A DNA stretch of 64,000 bases from Bacteroidota bacterium (GTDB lineage Bacteria; Bacteroidota; Bacteroidia; AKYH767-A; OLB10), in NCBI GenBank assembly GCA_963169675.1, contig CAUJFJ010000009.1, forward strand, positions 256 to 64,255. Reading direction: 5' to 3'. Each line of letters begins with the position of its first letter. The first letter of the stretch is position 1. Below are positions 28,328 through 39,573 of this stretch, one piece after another. A program made the position numbers and the translations under genes. The notes beneath the pieces were generated by a model that worked only from the letters and a program-made list of their open reading frames with translations, was not told where the DNA came from and did not search any database.

Positions 28328-29946
28328 AACGTTTCTTTAATTTGAGTTTTGTATTTATCAAATTCAGTTGACTTAATTTTATAATGATTTAAATTTGAAT
28401 TCGCAGGTCCGTTTATTACGATCCCTGTTTGCGTAAAGCGACTGCCATGGCATGGACAGTCCCAGCTATTTTCGTCCTTGTTCCACTTTACAACACAGCC
28501 AAGATGTGTACATTCCGCTGAAACAACATCGAGCCATTCATAATTATTTCGTGAGACAGCATACTTCGAGCCGTCTATTTCAATTATTTTACCGTCACCC
28601 GGTGCTATGGAATCTATTGATTCAACTATTTGTGAATCTTTATTTTTGTAGTAATCGGTTAAGCCTTTAATGAATTCATCCAGAAATACTTTACCTGCTT
28701 TTAATAGTTTGCATCTGGAAGGTTTATAGAGATCAGCAAACAGGTTCGGTTTTTCATTTATAAGATCGGGAATAATTGAACCTGCCATGACGCCATAGGT
28801 CAAACCATTTCCGCAGTCGCCTGTAACAATATAAATATTGCCATGATCGAATGGATTTTTGCCTATAAACGCAAGAGAATCGTAAGAATATAAAACCTGG
28901 CCAGACCATTCATAGGCAATACTTTCAATTGGGAATCGTTCACTGGCCCAATTGATGAGTTTTTTGTATTTTTGTTTTTCATCAGGATTATCTGTGGCTT
29001 CAATCAAACCTGTAGGATGATCCTCACCACCACAAATCAACAGGTCGAATACATTGTTGTAATCGCTTAGTCTTACATAGTGATATGGCTGGAATGAAGC
29101 ATCTTTTTTCTGCACACCTGTATCCCAAAATAAAGCATCACATACGGAATCTTTTTTGATTAATGCACCAATAACATAAGTTCTGTAAGGAAATTGGTGC
29201 AGGTGCATCATGTATTTATTGTTCACCGGAGAATTTGTTGCCACAACAATATGTTTGGCAGTTATTCGATGTCCTTCACTTGTGATCGCACCAGTACTAT
29301 CAATTGATTTGGCATGGGTGGAAGTATATATGGTTCCGCCTCTTTTTACAATGGCATCGGCAAGTCCGTTAATGTATTTTAAAGGATGAAAAGATGCCTG
29401 ATTTTTAAATTCAAGGCAGGGACCGGTAATATTTTTGAAATGGCAAACGAACTCCTGAAAAGTTACATCCAGACCTGCTTCCATTGCTGCATGATATTCT
29501 TTGGCAATTGATTCAGGTTTATCAGTTTCATGAAGAGAAAGCTGACCACTTAATCTTTTAAAATCACATTCTATCAGCTCTGCCCTTATTATCTCTTCTA
29601 TAGTGTCGATAGCTTTCATGTGGCTGGCAGCAATAAGCTTAGTCTGTTCTTTACCGTAGATTGTTTGCAATTCAAAATATCGGGTATCAAGCACAGCAGA
29701 TAAATGCGCACTAGTGCGACCTGTTTCTCCACTTCCGATTATACCATCTTCTACAACAATAACTTTTCTTCCTTCCTTCACCAGTTGATATGCTATACTC
29801 AAACCTGCGATTCCTCCTCCTACAATGAGTATGTCGGTTTCAGTATCCATTGTCAGGGTTGAATATTTATTTTGCCGGCTGGTCTCCGTCCAGTAACTAA
29901 TATGGCTGCCTGCTGTTACCTGACCTGTTTCTTTGTTGGTTTTCAT
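28324..29946 (-). CDS. FAD-dependent oxidoreductase (DAO-like) fused to a C-terminal Rieske [2Fe-2S] domain (YhfW-like)
   Basis: N-terminal [15 protein letters not shown] dinucleotide-binding motif, and a C-terminal CTHLGC...CPCHGSRF Rieske box. Confidence 0.7.
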   Translation of the reverse strand: MKTNKETGQVTAGSHISYWTETSRQNKYSTLTMDTETDILIVGGGIAGLSIAYQLVKEGRKVIVVEDGIIGSGETGRTSAHLSAVLDTRYFELQTIYGKEQTKLIAASHMKAIDTIEEIIRAELIECDFKRLSGQLSLHETDKPESIAKEYHAAMEAGLDVTFQEFVCHFKNITGPCLEFKNQASFHPLKYINGLADAIVKRGGTIYTSTHAKSIDSTGAITSEGHRITAKHIVVATNSPVNNKYMMHLHQFPYRTYVIGALIKKDSVCDALFWDTGVQKKDASFQPYHYVRLSDYNNVFDLLICGGEDHPTGLIEATDNPDEKQKYKKLINWASERFPIESIAYEWSGQVLYSYDSLAFIGKNPFDHGNIYIVTGDCGNGLTYGVMAGSIIPDLINEKPNLFADLYKPSRCKLLKAGKVFLDEFIKGLTDYYKNKDSQIVESIDSIAPGDGKIIEIDGSKYAVSRNNYEWLDVVSAECTHLGCVVKWNKDENSWDCPCHGSRFTQTGIVINGPANSNLNHYKIKSTEFDKYKTQIKETL

Positions 29947-30172
29947 TGTACTCTGTTGTTATAGAACCTTTTGTCAGTGAACTAATGCAAAAACAGTTCC
30001 ACTGGAAATATGGTTTGAAATTGTGGGAAAGCCATGAAATGTTCCCCACCTTGTTGAAAACGGTCAACAGGTTGATTTTAACTGAGAGTGGTTATCAAGA
30101 TGGCTGTAGAGCTATAACTATTAAGTAAGAAGAAGGGGATCGGTAATTGATAGTATAACAATAAAAAACGAT

Positions 30173-30550
30173 ATGTCTGAAAAATTCAAAAAGCAATTTG
30201 GTGTTTGGTTAAATTCTAATCATGCCATTGTAGTAGGAAGGGTAAATGGGGGGAATGGAGAATTTATAGTAATTGCTGAGGAAAAAGGGGAGGGGAATGC
30301 CAGCAATTCCAGTGAAAACACCGCAAACAATGCCGATAGGGCTTCTCAAATGAAATTTTTTAAGCAGATTACTTCACACATGCAGAATGTTGATGAGCTT
30401 CACCTTACTGGCACCGGAGTTGCACAGGAACAATTCATGCATTATCTGGCTGCTACCCCTCAATACAAAAATACAGTTACGGAACTTAGCACCTCCAATG
30501 AGATGAGCAAAGAAAGTCTGGTGGAATTTATTAGTGAGAAGTTTGTGTAA
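30173..30550 (+). CDS. Hypothetical protein
   Basis: An ORF only. Confidence 0.3.
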   Translation: MSEKFKKQFGVWLNSNHAIVVGRVNGGNGEFIVIAEEKGEGNASNSSENTANNADRASQMKFFKQITSHMQNVDELHLTGTGVAQEQFMHYLAATPQYKNTVTELSTSNEMSKESLVEFISEKFV

Positions 30551-30603
30551 ATTGTTTACACGGAAAAAACTCTTCTAACAAAATTGGTTTGACTTTGCAT
30601 TTT

Positions 30604-33342
30604 TTACCGTTCCTTCACAAATTTCCGTGAAAGAATTTTATCACCTGCAACTATCTTTAAGATGTATAAACCTTTGGCAAATGTAGAGCAATCAATATTT
30701 CTGTAAATAGAATTATTTGAAATGCCGGAATTTTCGTTTAACAAAATTCTGCCTGTTGCATCTGCAATTAGTAAATTATAGGTTTCAGCAGTCAAATCGG
30801 TTGCAATAATTTCAAAAAGTTGTTGCTGCGAATCGTAATTAAGGAAAATATCTGCATCGGTCAATGATGATGATAATTTGTCCTGGTTGTCGAATGGTGG
30901 AAGGCAGGGAATTCGGACCCGAACAGGATTTGAAGTAAATAGCAATGAACAGGTTGTGTCAGTAACCGATACTGAATATTTTCCTGGTAGTTTGACTGTG
31001 AAATTTTGAGAATTTGCACCAGCAATTGGATTGCCATTTCGATGCCATTGAAATGAATTTGAGTTACTTCCAAAGGCACTTAGAATTACGCTGTCGCCCT
31101 GACAAAACGAAACCGGACCAGATGCCAGAATTCCTGGGGCAATACAACCCACTTCAAGCAATCGATCACCCGGTTTCCAACCGTTTTCTATTTGATGCCA
31201 ATTTACTTTTTGTGAGTAAATACCTGTTGCTAGGTCAAATTCGTAGAGTCCTCCAAAAGTTGCAAAGTTATGATAAGTAACACCGTAAAATTTTCCATTG
31301 GATGCATATTTTAAATCACCTGAAGCATATCCATTTGCAGGTAAAAAATTATATAAAACATTTAACTGATTTGAAGAGCAATCATACTCACACAACTGAC
31401 CTCCTATGATTCCATATATTTTGTTTGGCGCAACTTCTATTAATGATCCTGAAGAACCAGAAATATTTCCGGTAAAATTATATTTCATATAAAAAGATTC
31501 TGTAATTATATTATATTCAATTATTCCGCCGAAGTTAAAATTTCCGGCATTTGATATTAAATATAAATTTCCATTGGATGCCTGAACAATACCTCCATGT
31601 GGATCACCTCCGATTGTATCATTGAAATTTATTTTAGTCGTGAAAACATTTGATACAAAGTCATATTCATACAAAGTACCCAAACCATATAATCCACCAT
31701 ATTCACAAGTGCCATATATTTTTCCGTTAGAGGCTTCCATTAACCATCCTCCAGATGACAATTGAACACCATTAGTTACATTAAAGTCATACTTATTAGA
31801 TATTGTATTCGTTAAGTAGTCATATTCAAAAAGTGCTCCATAATTATAAGCGCCTCCACTTGTTGTTGTCCCGTAAATTTTACCATTAGATGCATGTACA
31901 AGTGAACTAAATGATTCGCAACCTATAGAATCGTTTAAGTCTAACTTCTTGAGTATAGTGTTGCTATTATAGTCATATTCAATGATAGCACCACAATTAT
32001 AAACTCCATTATAATTATTACCTCCTTTATTTGTTGCAGCATAATACTTTCCATTAGAAGCTAATACAAAGCCTCCGGGCAAGTCATATCCATCATTTAA
32101 ACTAAAATGCACCTCTTTTGTCATGTTTCCCGTTGCAATATTATATTTAAATAAATAATTAAATACAGTATCTTGTGATTGCCAATTTTGACTCCCATAC
32201 AAGTTGCCAATGTTGTCTGTAGCAAGTTGAATTTGATAAGTATAATTTTCAATTTCAAAGTCATATATCTTTTGAAAAGCATTCGTTGAAAAATTATATT
32301 CATAAATTACTCCACGATTATTAGCACCACCTGAATAAGTTGTACCATACATTTTTCCATTGGCAAGTTTTATCATTTTGCAGCTGGGTTTTGAACCATT
32401 TATACCAGTAAAATCAATTTTTTTTGCATAAGTATCAGAAATCAAATCATATTCAAAAAGGACACCATGATTATTTGATCCTCCTTCAGAAGTAGAACCG
32501 ATTATTTTGGTAGAATTAAACTTAGAAACAGATTCTGGTCTTTTACCATTAATTCCGTCAAAGTTATATTTAGTAGAAAATGCTTGAGTGTTAAGATCGA
32601 ATTCAAATATAAGTCCACAATTGTTTAAACCACCAACAGGCGAAAAACCTAAGAGCTTTCCATTAAATGACTCAATTAAATCTATACCCTTCGCGAAAGA
32701 ATTAAATGTTCCAACTATGGCTATAAAATCATATATTTTTTGTACGGTCATTGTATTTAAATTCAGTTCTAGAATAGTTCCATAACCATTATTTCCATCA
32801 TGGGTTGTAGTTATATATAAATTTCCATTCGATGCTTGAATAAAGTCAGAATAGATTTTTGTTCCACTAACTGAATCACAATTTAAAATAGTTGTGTAAG
32901 TTTCAGTAATGGGATCAAACTCAAATAATGTTCCCCCACCATAAAGTCCACTTTGATATGTGGAGCCATATAATTTACCATTTGATGCAAACAGTAGTCT
33001 TGAATTGGGAGTGGAGCCTGAATCGCGGTCGAATTGATACAAATTAGTAATGACCTTTGTATTTATGTTATATTTGAACAAACTACCTAACCCCGCACCT
33101 CCACCTGAATAATCAGATCCATAAAAAAATTGGCCTATTTTAACTAATGATACTACTTTCAGTATAGATGAGCCATTAATTTTTAAAACATCTTCTAAAG
33201 TGGAATCACCCGCCGTATATTTATAGATTGTACCAAAGCCATTTCCTCCTAACCTGTTGGTGCCAATAAGTTTTGGTTGAGCTATTGTATGGCCAGAGAG
33301 TATATTAAAATAGGCAAGTAAAAAAATCAAATATTTTTGCAT
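30604..33342 (-). CDS. GloVer-type (choice-of-anchor tandem repeat) protein with a T9SS C-terminal sorting domain
   Basis: Many repeats of the ..NGKLYGTT..GG..G.GT.FE.D form over about 700 aa. Signal peptide present. The C-terminal LFLNYDSQQQLFEI...GLYILKIVAGDKILSRKFVKER is a CTD. Confidence 0.55.
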   Translation of the reverse strand: MQKYLIFLLAYFNILSGHTIAQPKLIGTNRLGGNGFGTIYKYTAGDSTLEDVLKINGSSILKVVSLVKIGQFFYGSDYSGGGAGLGSLFKYNINTKVITNLYQFDRDSGSTPNSRLLFASNGKLYGSTYQSGLYGGGTLFEFDPITETYTTILNCDSVSGTKIYSDFIQASNGNLYITTTHDGNNGYGTILELNLNTMTVQKIYDFIAIVGTFNSFAKGIDLIESFNGKLLGFSPVGGLNNCGLIFEFDLNTQAFSTKYNFDGINGKRPESVSKFNSTKIIGSTSEGGSNNHGVLFEYDLISDTYAKKIDFTGINGSKPSCKMIKLANGKMYGTTYSGGANNRGVIYEYNFSTNAFQKIYDFEIENYTYQIQLATDNIGNLYGSQNWQSQDTVFNYLFKYNIATGNMTKEVHFSLNDGYDLPGGFVLASNGKYYAATNKGGNNYNGVYNCGAIIEYDYNSNTILKKLDLNDSIGCESFSSLVHASNGKIYGTTTSGGAYNYGALFEYDYLTNTISNKYDFNVTNGVQLSSGGWLMEASNGKIYGTCEYGGLYGLGTLYEYDFVSNVFTTKINFNDTIGGDPHGGIVQASNGNLYLISNAGNFNFGGIIEYNIITESFYMKYNFTGNISGSSGSLIEVAPNKIYGIIGGQLCEYDCSSNQLNVLYNFLPANGYASGDLKYASNGKFYGVTYHNFATFGGLYEFDLATGIYSQKVNWHQIENGWKPGDRLLEVGCIAPGILASGPVSFCQGDSVILSAFGSNSNSFQWHRNGNPIAGANSQNFTVKLPGKYSVSVTDTTCSLLFTSNPVRVRIPCLPPFDNQDKLSSSLTDADIFLNYDSQQQLFEIIATDLTAETYNLLIADATGRILLNENSGISNNSIYRNIDCSTFAKGLYILKIVAGDKILSRKFVKER

Positions 33343-33473
33343 ATTAAAATAAAATTTAATGACAATGGATGATTACAAGACAATATTTAATTCTTTGTTT
33401 CAGATAACAATTATAAAGCAACTTCATATTAGCTGTTAAAAGCAATTACATTCAACTACTTATTTGCTATTCA

Positions 33474-35897
33474 CTACTCCTTCACCACCTTCAAAACACG
33501 GGAACCGTTTTTTGAATCGATATGTAGAAAGTAAATTCCGGAAGAGAATTCCGAAAGATTAATTTCAGTTTCCATATTGTTACTGATACAAACATAATCC
33601 TTTTCGGTTACCAATTGACCGTACACATCAGACAGTTTAATTTTATAAAATCCGGGGGACATTTCATTGCCTGTAATTTTTATATTTTTGTTTGTAGGAT
33701 TCGGCGAAACAGAAATATTGCCATTTGAGTTTAAACTTTCTACTCCACTGAGAATGATTTGCCAGCAGGAAGATGTATCGGTGCAGCCATTGTAAGTAAC
33801 TATGCATGCATAGGATCCTGATTGGGTAACCTGAAGGAACTCAATGCCAACTACTGCTCCGGGTACGCAATCTATATAAGTATAAGTAGATGAAGGCTCA
33901 TAATTAGCAGGTCCTAAGTAATTTACCCATGAACCAGAGCTATAAAACATTGCTGTATCAACTTCATTAGAAATGATATTTTTTGAAATTGCCCCCAAAG
34001 TTCCACAAACAGTATTTGCACTGACTGAAATGGTGCCGTTTGATGAATTCGGAACTACGACAATAGAAGAATTAGTTGAGCTACCTGACCAGCCGGAAGG
34101 TATACTCCAAGTGTAACTGAATGCACCTGGAATCGAATCTATGGAATAATGCTCCTGATATCCTTTACAGGCAGACGTTTTACCGGAGATAGGCCCAGGT
34201 GTCAAAGAAGGCATTACATATAACTTAACAATATTGGAGTGTGCCGGAGCATCAGTTCCATTCCAAAGGCGTGCTCTGTAGAAAGTCTCTTGAATTGGGT
34301 AAACAGTGAAAGAATCTGAATTAGCGCCAGGCCCTGAAAGATTTACCCAGCCCGTGTTAGTTACTAATTTTTGCCATTGAATGGGCCCATTGTATCCTGT
34401 AAGGTATAATACTGCGGAGTCCCCTGCACAAATTATATTTATTGAAGAAGTTGCGGTTCCTCCTTGCATAGGTGTTACGAAAGAAACAGGTCTGCATGCA
34501 ATCTGCATCCCGGAGCTTGTATGTGTTTCAATGCAAATATTAAAAGTATCATTTGCAGTTGAACCATAAGACCCGTTAATTTTGTATTGATGCCAGGCGG
34601 AACCTTGTCGATAGGTAGTTGAATAGCCATCACCAAAGTGGAAGCGTGCACTATCTGTGCCAATTGAATAATCCCGAACAAAAATAAGAGGTGCGCCCAT
34701 GGTAGGGAATAAGTCTGTTACCTGAAACATAAGTTGTAAAGGAGTATCGAAATTTCCCCAACCGGTAGTGTCATTGTACCCTGCTTTATACTGAATACCA
34801 GTACTATCTGACCAGTGAACTGTGCCATCAATAATAGTAAGTGTCGTTACCCCATTAGTTGAAATAGTTGAGTCTTTCACCCAGTTGTGAAGTGTTGGAC
34901 TGAAAACCTGATAATGTACAACCGATGGAAAAACGGTAGTATCAACATATGCTGCAACCCGATTTTTAATTTTAACTTTTGTTATTGGGTGATCAATTGA
35001 ATCTATTTTCATTTCACCTGAAAAGTCATCGAACACAGTAAAATAACTTAAATTTGAATCGGGGTAAGATTGATATGTCATTCCTCCATTTAACAAATCA
35101 ATTCCTGGACTTGATCTAACAAAACCATGAAATGTGCCAGAGTGTGGACTATAAACACCATTGGCTGAGATGTCATTGTAAATGAATTGTTGAAATTGGC
35201 AATATAGTAAATCCTGATTGCCGGACATTCCATTCACAGCATCTAAAAATTGAGCGCCATAAAATTGTCCGATTGATGGAGTGTAAAAAAAAACCCCTTC
35301 ACGCGGATTCCAATTTTGGTTATTGTATTCAAATGTAATATAACTTGCAATTCCAAGGTTTAAGCTTACTGTGGCTTGATCAGCAGCACTCCCGGATTTT
35401 AATTCACCGCCACGCCATTCATGAAGGTTAATATCATAAATGTATGCCTGAGCACTAATATCATAGTAAGGACCTCCCCATGAAGTATAAAATTCGCAAC
35501 ATTCAACTCTGACGTTTACAACATTATCATATATAGAAATTGAAGCCCCAGGGTTGTCAGGGTCAGGATTAGAATTTAAGTAGGGTCTGAATAAGTGCAA
35601 AACCGGATCGTAAGTGATGAAGCCATAAATGGAGTCGCGATCATAGAGGTTGGGAGGAAAATAAGTTTTTAATGCAACTATTTCAGAGGAACTGTACGTG
35701 GTATCAATACTTGAATTATAAAAAGGAGTATTATAATATTGCCATGATCCCAATACCGAATCCCAAACCGATAATTCAAGACGTTGTTGCGTTCCATTTG
35801 TCCCAATTACAACATTGATAGGATAGGGATGCCAGTAGTTGGAAAAAGAAATTGCTGAATTGAATAGCAGCGCGAAGACGAATACAAATTTTTTCAT
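33474..35897 (-). CDS. Large secreted protein with a T9SS C-terminal sorting domain (paralog of 45907..48429)
   Basis: Start set at ATG 35897 for the signal peptide MKKFVFVFALLFNSAISFS. The N-terminal NYWHPYPINVVIGTNGTQQRLELSVWDSVLGSWQYY aligns with QNYIQQYPINAIIDNAGNQNRIIFSVYDSVLASYQYY of the paralog. C-terminal ISVSPNPTNKNIKI...GIYFLHIDSKNGSRVLKVVKE CTD. Confidence 0.6.
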   Translation of the reverse strand: MKKFVFVFALLFNSAISFSNYWHPYPINVVIGTNGTQQRLELSVWDSVLGSWQYYNTPFYNSSIDTTYSSSEIVALKTYFPPNLYDRDSIYGFITYDPVLHLFRPYLNSNPDPDNPGASISIYDNVVNVRVECCEFYTSWGGPYYDISAQAYIYDINLHEWRGGELKSGSAADQATVSLNLGIASYITFEYNNQNWNPREGVFFYTPSIGQFYGAQFLDAVNGMSGNQDLLYCQFQQFIYNDISANGVYSPHSGTFHGFVRSSPGIDLLNGGMTYQSYPDSNLSYFTVFDDFSGEMKIDSIDHPITKVKIKNRVAAYVDTTVFPSVVHYQVFSPTLHNWVKDSTISTNGVTTLTIIDGTVHWSDSTGIQYKAGYNDTTGWGNFDTPLQLMFQVTDLFPTMGAPLIFVRDYSIGTDSARFHFGDGYSTTYRQGSAWHQYKINGSYGSTANDTFNICIETHTSSGMQIACRPVSFVTPMQGGTATSSINIICAGDSAVLYLTGYNGPIQWQKLVTNTGWVNLSGPGANSDSFTVYPIQETFYRARLWNGTDAPAHSNIVKLYVMPSLTPGPISGKTSACKGYQEHYSIDSIPGAFSYTWSIPSGWSGSSTNSSIVVVPNSSNGTISVSANTVCGTLGAISKNIISNEVDTAMFYSSGSWVNYLGPANYEPSSTYTYIDCVPGAVVGIEFLQVTQSGSYACIVTYNGCTDTSSCWQIILSGVESLNSNGNISVSPNPTNKNIKITGNEMSPGFYKIKLSDVYGQLVTEKDYVCISNNMETEINLSEFSSGIYFLHIDSKNGSRVLKVVKE

Positions 35898-35904
35898 GAT
35901 TGTG

Positions 35905-36069
35905 TTATGACTGGGTTGCAAAACTTTGTAATAAGGAAAAAATATTTCGGGTGAAATTCCCGGCATTATCGATAATTGCATTGATGGGATACTGCTGAAT
36001 GTAATTTTGTGATTGAGCCCAATTGGTAGTAAAGAGCAAACAGCTAATGAAAACTACGATTCGTATCAT
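35905..36069 (-). pseudogene. Orphan 5' gene fragment: a signal peptide plus 33 codons nearly identical to the N-terminus of CDS 45907..48429, ending in a stop 8 nt before the start of CDS 33474..35897
   Basis: It encodes MIRIVVFISCLLFTTNWAQSQNYIQQYPINAIIDNAGNF..., against MIRIVVFISCMLFVTKCVQSQNYIQQYPINAIIDNAGNQ at 48408. The surrounding 175 bp (35957-36122) is about 90% identical to 48293-48463. Confidence 0.5.
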
Positions 36070-36580
36070 TTGATGGAACATTTAATCAAAGTTATGCAAA
36101 AGGGAGGGAATTGCCAAATTGGGACTTAACTTAAATGGAATTGAAATCCCATGAAAGCGTAGAAATTCACGACTGAAGCAGAGTATGAGGTTTATCGAAC
36201 CGCATCGAACTTAAAACATAATTCATGGCGGAGAATGCCCCACAGACTAATTTGTATGGTTCAAATTCCAGCTTAAAGTCAAAATTACGGCGCTTTTATC
36301 ATTTACCTTCTGGATAATCATGGCTGACTAATGACCTTCTTGTCCATTTCATTCAATTGGTAAAGGATTAGGTGTGTATAACATCTAATGCATTGATATA
36401 CAGATGTATGGATATTTTTTCCCTACTCATCAATTTACTATTTTGTGCAAAATGATTCAAATGATTACTGTAAAAAATGTTATCAGTACCAAAGTATATA
36501 CTTTCAATTCTTAACTAATTTAATCAATACGATACCATAAAAACTTTTATTTTCTATCTTTAGACATTACATTAACCAAA

Positions 36581-39283
36581 ATGATTCCTATCAAAGTTCC
36601 ATTATTTGCACTACTTTTTTTTGTCTTTTCCTTTGAATGTGTTTCCCAGGAAATATTGTGGCAGAAAACACTGGGAGGTTCAGCTGGCGATGGTTTGAAT
36701 ATAATCAGTTCTACTTCTGATGGAGGATATATTTGTTGTGGCGGTTCTTTTTCAAATACCTCGGGTATTAAATCAGAAAATTGTTATGGTGGAGAAGACT
36801 TTTGGATGGTTAAGTTATCCTCAATTGGTGAATTGCAATGGGAGAACACTATTGGTGGTACTTTGGAGGATAGACCATTTGCAGCAATTGAAACTCCTGA
36901 TGGTGGATTTTTGATCGGAGGATATTCGGAATCGGATAGCTCCGGAGAAAAAACCGAAAATAGCAAAGGAGGCTTGGATATTTGGATTGTGAAATTAAGT
37001 TCCAATGGCACTCTTGAATGGCAAAAGACAATCGGCGGAAGTAGCGATGATCTGCTTGTTGACATGAAACCAACTTCAGATGGGGGGTATATTTTGGCGT
37101 CTTGTTCCTTATCCATGATTTCAGGAGATAAAACGGAGAATTCTTATGGAGGTGGAGATTATTGGATAGTTAAAATAGATTCGCTAGCTAATATACAATG
37201 GCAAAAAGTAATTGGCGGTAGTGCCGCTGAATCCACGGCTTCCATAATAATTATGCCTGATGGAGGTTTTGTAGTTGGAGGTTATTCAAACTCCCCAGTT
37301 TCTGGCAATAAAACAGAAGTTTGCTTAGGGTTATACGATTATTATATTGTTAGACTTGATTCAATGGGTAATATTATTTGGCAAAAAGCGATAGGCGGTT
37401 TGAAGATGGATTTGTTACGCGAATTATCCTTAGCACCCGATGGAGGTATAATTTGTGGAGGGGTGTCACAATCGGACAGTTCACAGTATAAATCTGAGAA
37501 TAATCTTAGTTCATTTTCCGGTGATAATGATTATTGGGTAGTTAAATTAGATTCTTCAGGAATTATCAGCTGGGAAAACACTTTAGGAGGTGAATACAGT
37601 GATCACCTGATGACTCTTAATTGCTTACCAAGTGGCGAAATTGTTTGTGGGGGATATGGAATTTTTGTGATATCAGGGGATCAAACTGAGAATCCCATTG
37701 GTAGCGGAGATATTTGGCTATTAAAGTTGAGCCCTGATGGAAAAATTATATATCAGAATCTAATTGGAGGAATAGGTGGTGAAGGCATTAATTCAGTAAT
37801 TCCAACATTGGATGGAAATATCATTTGTGGGAGTTCTTCTTCATCCAATATTTCGGGTGATAAAACTGAAAACTCCTATGGTTTGGGAGATTATTGGGTT
37901 TTCAAGATATCAGATCAACACAATACCATTAGAGGTAAGGTATTTATGGATTTGGACCAAGATAATATTTTTGGCCCAATGGACTTAGGCCTTAAAAACC
38001 GAAATATAGCTGAAGTATCTACCGGTGTAATAGGATTTACAGACGCTGACGGGGAGTACTTCATATCAGTACCAGATTCCGGTAATTACGAAGTTTCAAC
38101 CGGAATATATAATGGATATTTTGCTCCTGTTCCATCTTCACACAATGTTTATTTTCCGGGGAATCAACAAACAATTGCAGGGAATGATTTTGCTATGCAG
38201 GCAACAAGTAGCTTTGATGATTTATGTTTAACCATTACACCAACCGGTCCTTTTCGTTCAGGTTTTAATACGTCTTGTTTAATTGATTATTCTAATTTAG
38301 GCACAACAACAATAAATGCTACAGTTGTTTTTTATATAGATTCCAATGTTAGTTTTGTTTCATCTTCTCTATCACCAACGTCAATATTTCTTGATTCAGT
38401 AGTGTTTTCTATTGGAAATTTAACACCCTTTCAAACCGGACAAATTCTTGTAACAGTAAATGTAAACATAGGATTGCCCATTGGTTCGTTAATCATTTCT
38501 GGAGCTACCATTCTTCCTATTTTGGGTGATGCAAATCCCGCATGTAACACAGCTTTTTTTGAAACACTTACAATAGGCTCATACGATCCCAATGATATCT
38601 TAGTTAATAGGAATTTTATATATGATTTTGAAACCCAAAACCCACCGGAATTGGAATACACTATTCGTTTTCAGAATACAGGTAACGATACTGCGTTCAC
38701 TGTAAAAATTTTAGATCCAATAGATACAACACGATTAGACTTAAATTCGCTTGAGATTGTAGCGTCCTCTCATCCAATGAATGCTTTCTGGATTCCCTGG
38801 GAGCGGAATATGCAATTCCAATTTAATAACATTTTACTTGCTGACAGCAGCACCAACGAACCTCAAAGCCACGGATTCATTCGTTACAAAATAAAACCAA
38901 AACCAAATTTACCGGTTGGCGATAGTATATCCAACAAGGCTTACATTTATTTCGATTTCAATAATCCCATTGCAACCAACATTGCAACTACAAATATTGT
39001 TTTATTCACCGGCAATCATGAGCCGGAGAATTTATTCAAGTTCGATATATATCCCAATCCTGTTAGCACTCATTTAAATATTGAATTCAAACATAGCTTT
39101 CCCAATACACTATCACTAGAATTATTCTCTGTTTATGGTCAAAAAATACAAACCATTGAATGTAAAAATTCAACGGAAACAAACTTCATAAATACTTTCA
39201 ACATATCACATCTTGCTGCGGGAATTTACTTTTTAAGGCCAGCCGGCAATACTTCTATTATGAAGAAATTTGTGAAATATTGA
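36581..39283 (+). CDS. SBBP beta-propeller-repeat protein (8 repeats) + DUF11-like beta-sandwich region + T9SS C-terminal sorting domain
   Basis: Signal peptide. Eight roughly 48-aa repeats of the form GGS..D......T.DGGYI..G.S.S..SGDKTENS.G..D.W.VKLD..G...WQ. A SYDPNDILV...IRFQNTGNDTAFTVKILDPIDT block and the LPDSS.NEP.SHGF motif. C-terminal YPNPVSTHLNIEF...GIYFLRPAGNTSIMKKFVKY CTD. Confidence 0.6.
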   Translation: MIPIKVPLFALLFFVFSFECVSQEILWQKTLGGSAGDGLNIISSTSDGGYICCGGSFSNTSGIKSENCYGGEDFWMVKLSSIGELQWENTIGGTLEDRPFAAIETPDGGFLIGGYSESDSSGEKTENSKGGLDIWIVKLSSNGTLEWQKTIGGSSDDLLVDMKPTSDGGYILASCSLSMISGDKTENSYGGGDYWIVKIDSLANIQWQKVIGGSAAESTASIIIMPDGGFVVGGYSNSPVSGNKTEVCLGLYDYYIVRLDSMGNIIWQKAIGGLKMDLLRELSLAPDGGIICGGVSQSDSSQYKSENNLSSFSGDNDYWVVKLDSSGIISWENTLGGEYSDHLMTLNCLPSGEIVCGGYGIFVISGDQTENPIGSGDIWLLKLSPDGKIIYQNLIGGIGGEGINSVIPTLDGNIICGSSSSSNISGDKTENSYGLGDYWVFKISDQHNTIRGKVFMDLDQDNIFGPMDLGLKNRNIAEVSTGVIGFTDADGEYFISVPDSGNYEVSTGIYNGYFAPVPSSHNVYFPGNQQTIAGNDFAMQATSSFDDLCLTITPTGPFRSGFNTSCLIDYSNLGTTTINATVVFYIDSNVSFVSSSLSPTSIFLDSVVFSIGNLTPFQTGQILVTVNVNIGLPIGSLIISGATILPILGDANPACNTAFFETLTIGSYDPNDILVNRNFIYDFETQNPPELEYTIRFQNTGNDTAFTVKILDPIDTTRLDLNSLEIVASSHPMNAFWIPWERNMQFQFNNILLADSSTNEPQSHGFIRYKIKPKPNLPVGDSISNKAYIYFDFNNPIATNIATTNIVLFTGNHEPENLFKFDIYPNPVSTHLNIEFKHSFPNTLSLELFSVYGQKIQTIECKNSTETNFINTFNISHLAAGIYFLRPAGNTSIMKKFVKY

Positions 39284-39410
39284 GGTAGATAATGGCTCAA
39301 TTCTATTTGAGTAAAGGGATAGTTTTCAAGTTACATAAAGCAAAATGTCCGATGTAAAATACTCTATTGAATAATTTACATCGTACATTCTACATTTTAC
39401 ATTCCCGAAG

Positions 39411-39426
39411 GGGGTGGGCCTACTTG
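39411..39426. repeat. 16-nt exact copy of the 3' end of tRNA-Met (GGGGTGGGCCTACTTG), in the same orientation as in the tRNA gene
   Basis: Identical to 52077-52092, which covers the tRNA acceptor-stem 3' strand, the discriminator and CC. A chance 16-mer match in 64 kb is negligible. Confidence 0.7.
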
Positions 39427-39573
39427 AACCAATATTGTTGGGAATTAATACACGCATTATCAGTATGTTATAGGCATAATCGAATGCAAAGTATTCAATA
39501 TGGCATGCGACTGGGTAAACGCATGAAAGATTTAATAAGGTAAACAGGACAATAAAGGAATATATTTTGAGGG

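Noticed and set aside
30551-30603. GTGTAAA-TTG-TTTACAC hairpin at the stop of CDS 30173..30550, considered as a possible terminator
   Set aside because: No T-run follows it on either strand.
35898-35981. Longer N-terminus (MQLSIMPGISPEIFF...) for CDS 33474..35981
   Set aside because: The extension is an out-of-frame read-through of the transplanted 5' fragment. The signal peptide begins at M29 (ATG 35897).
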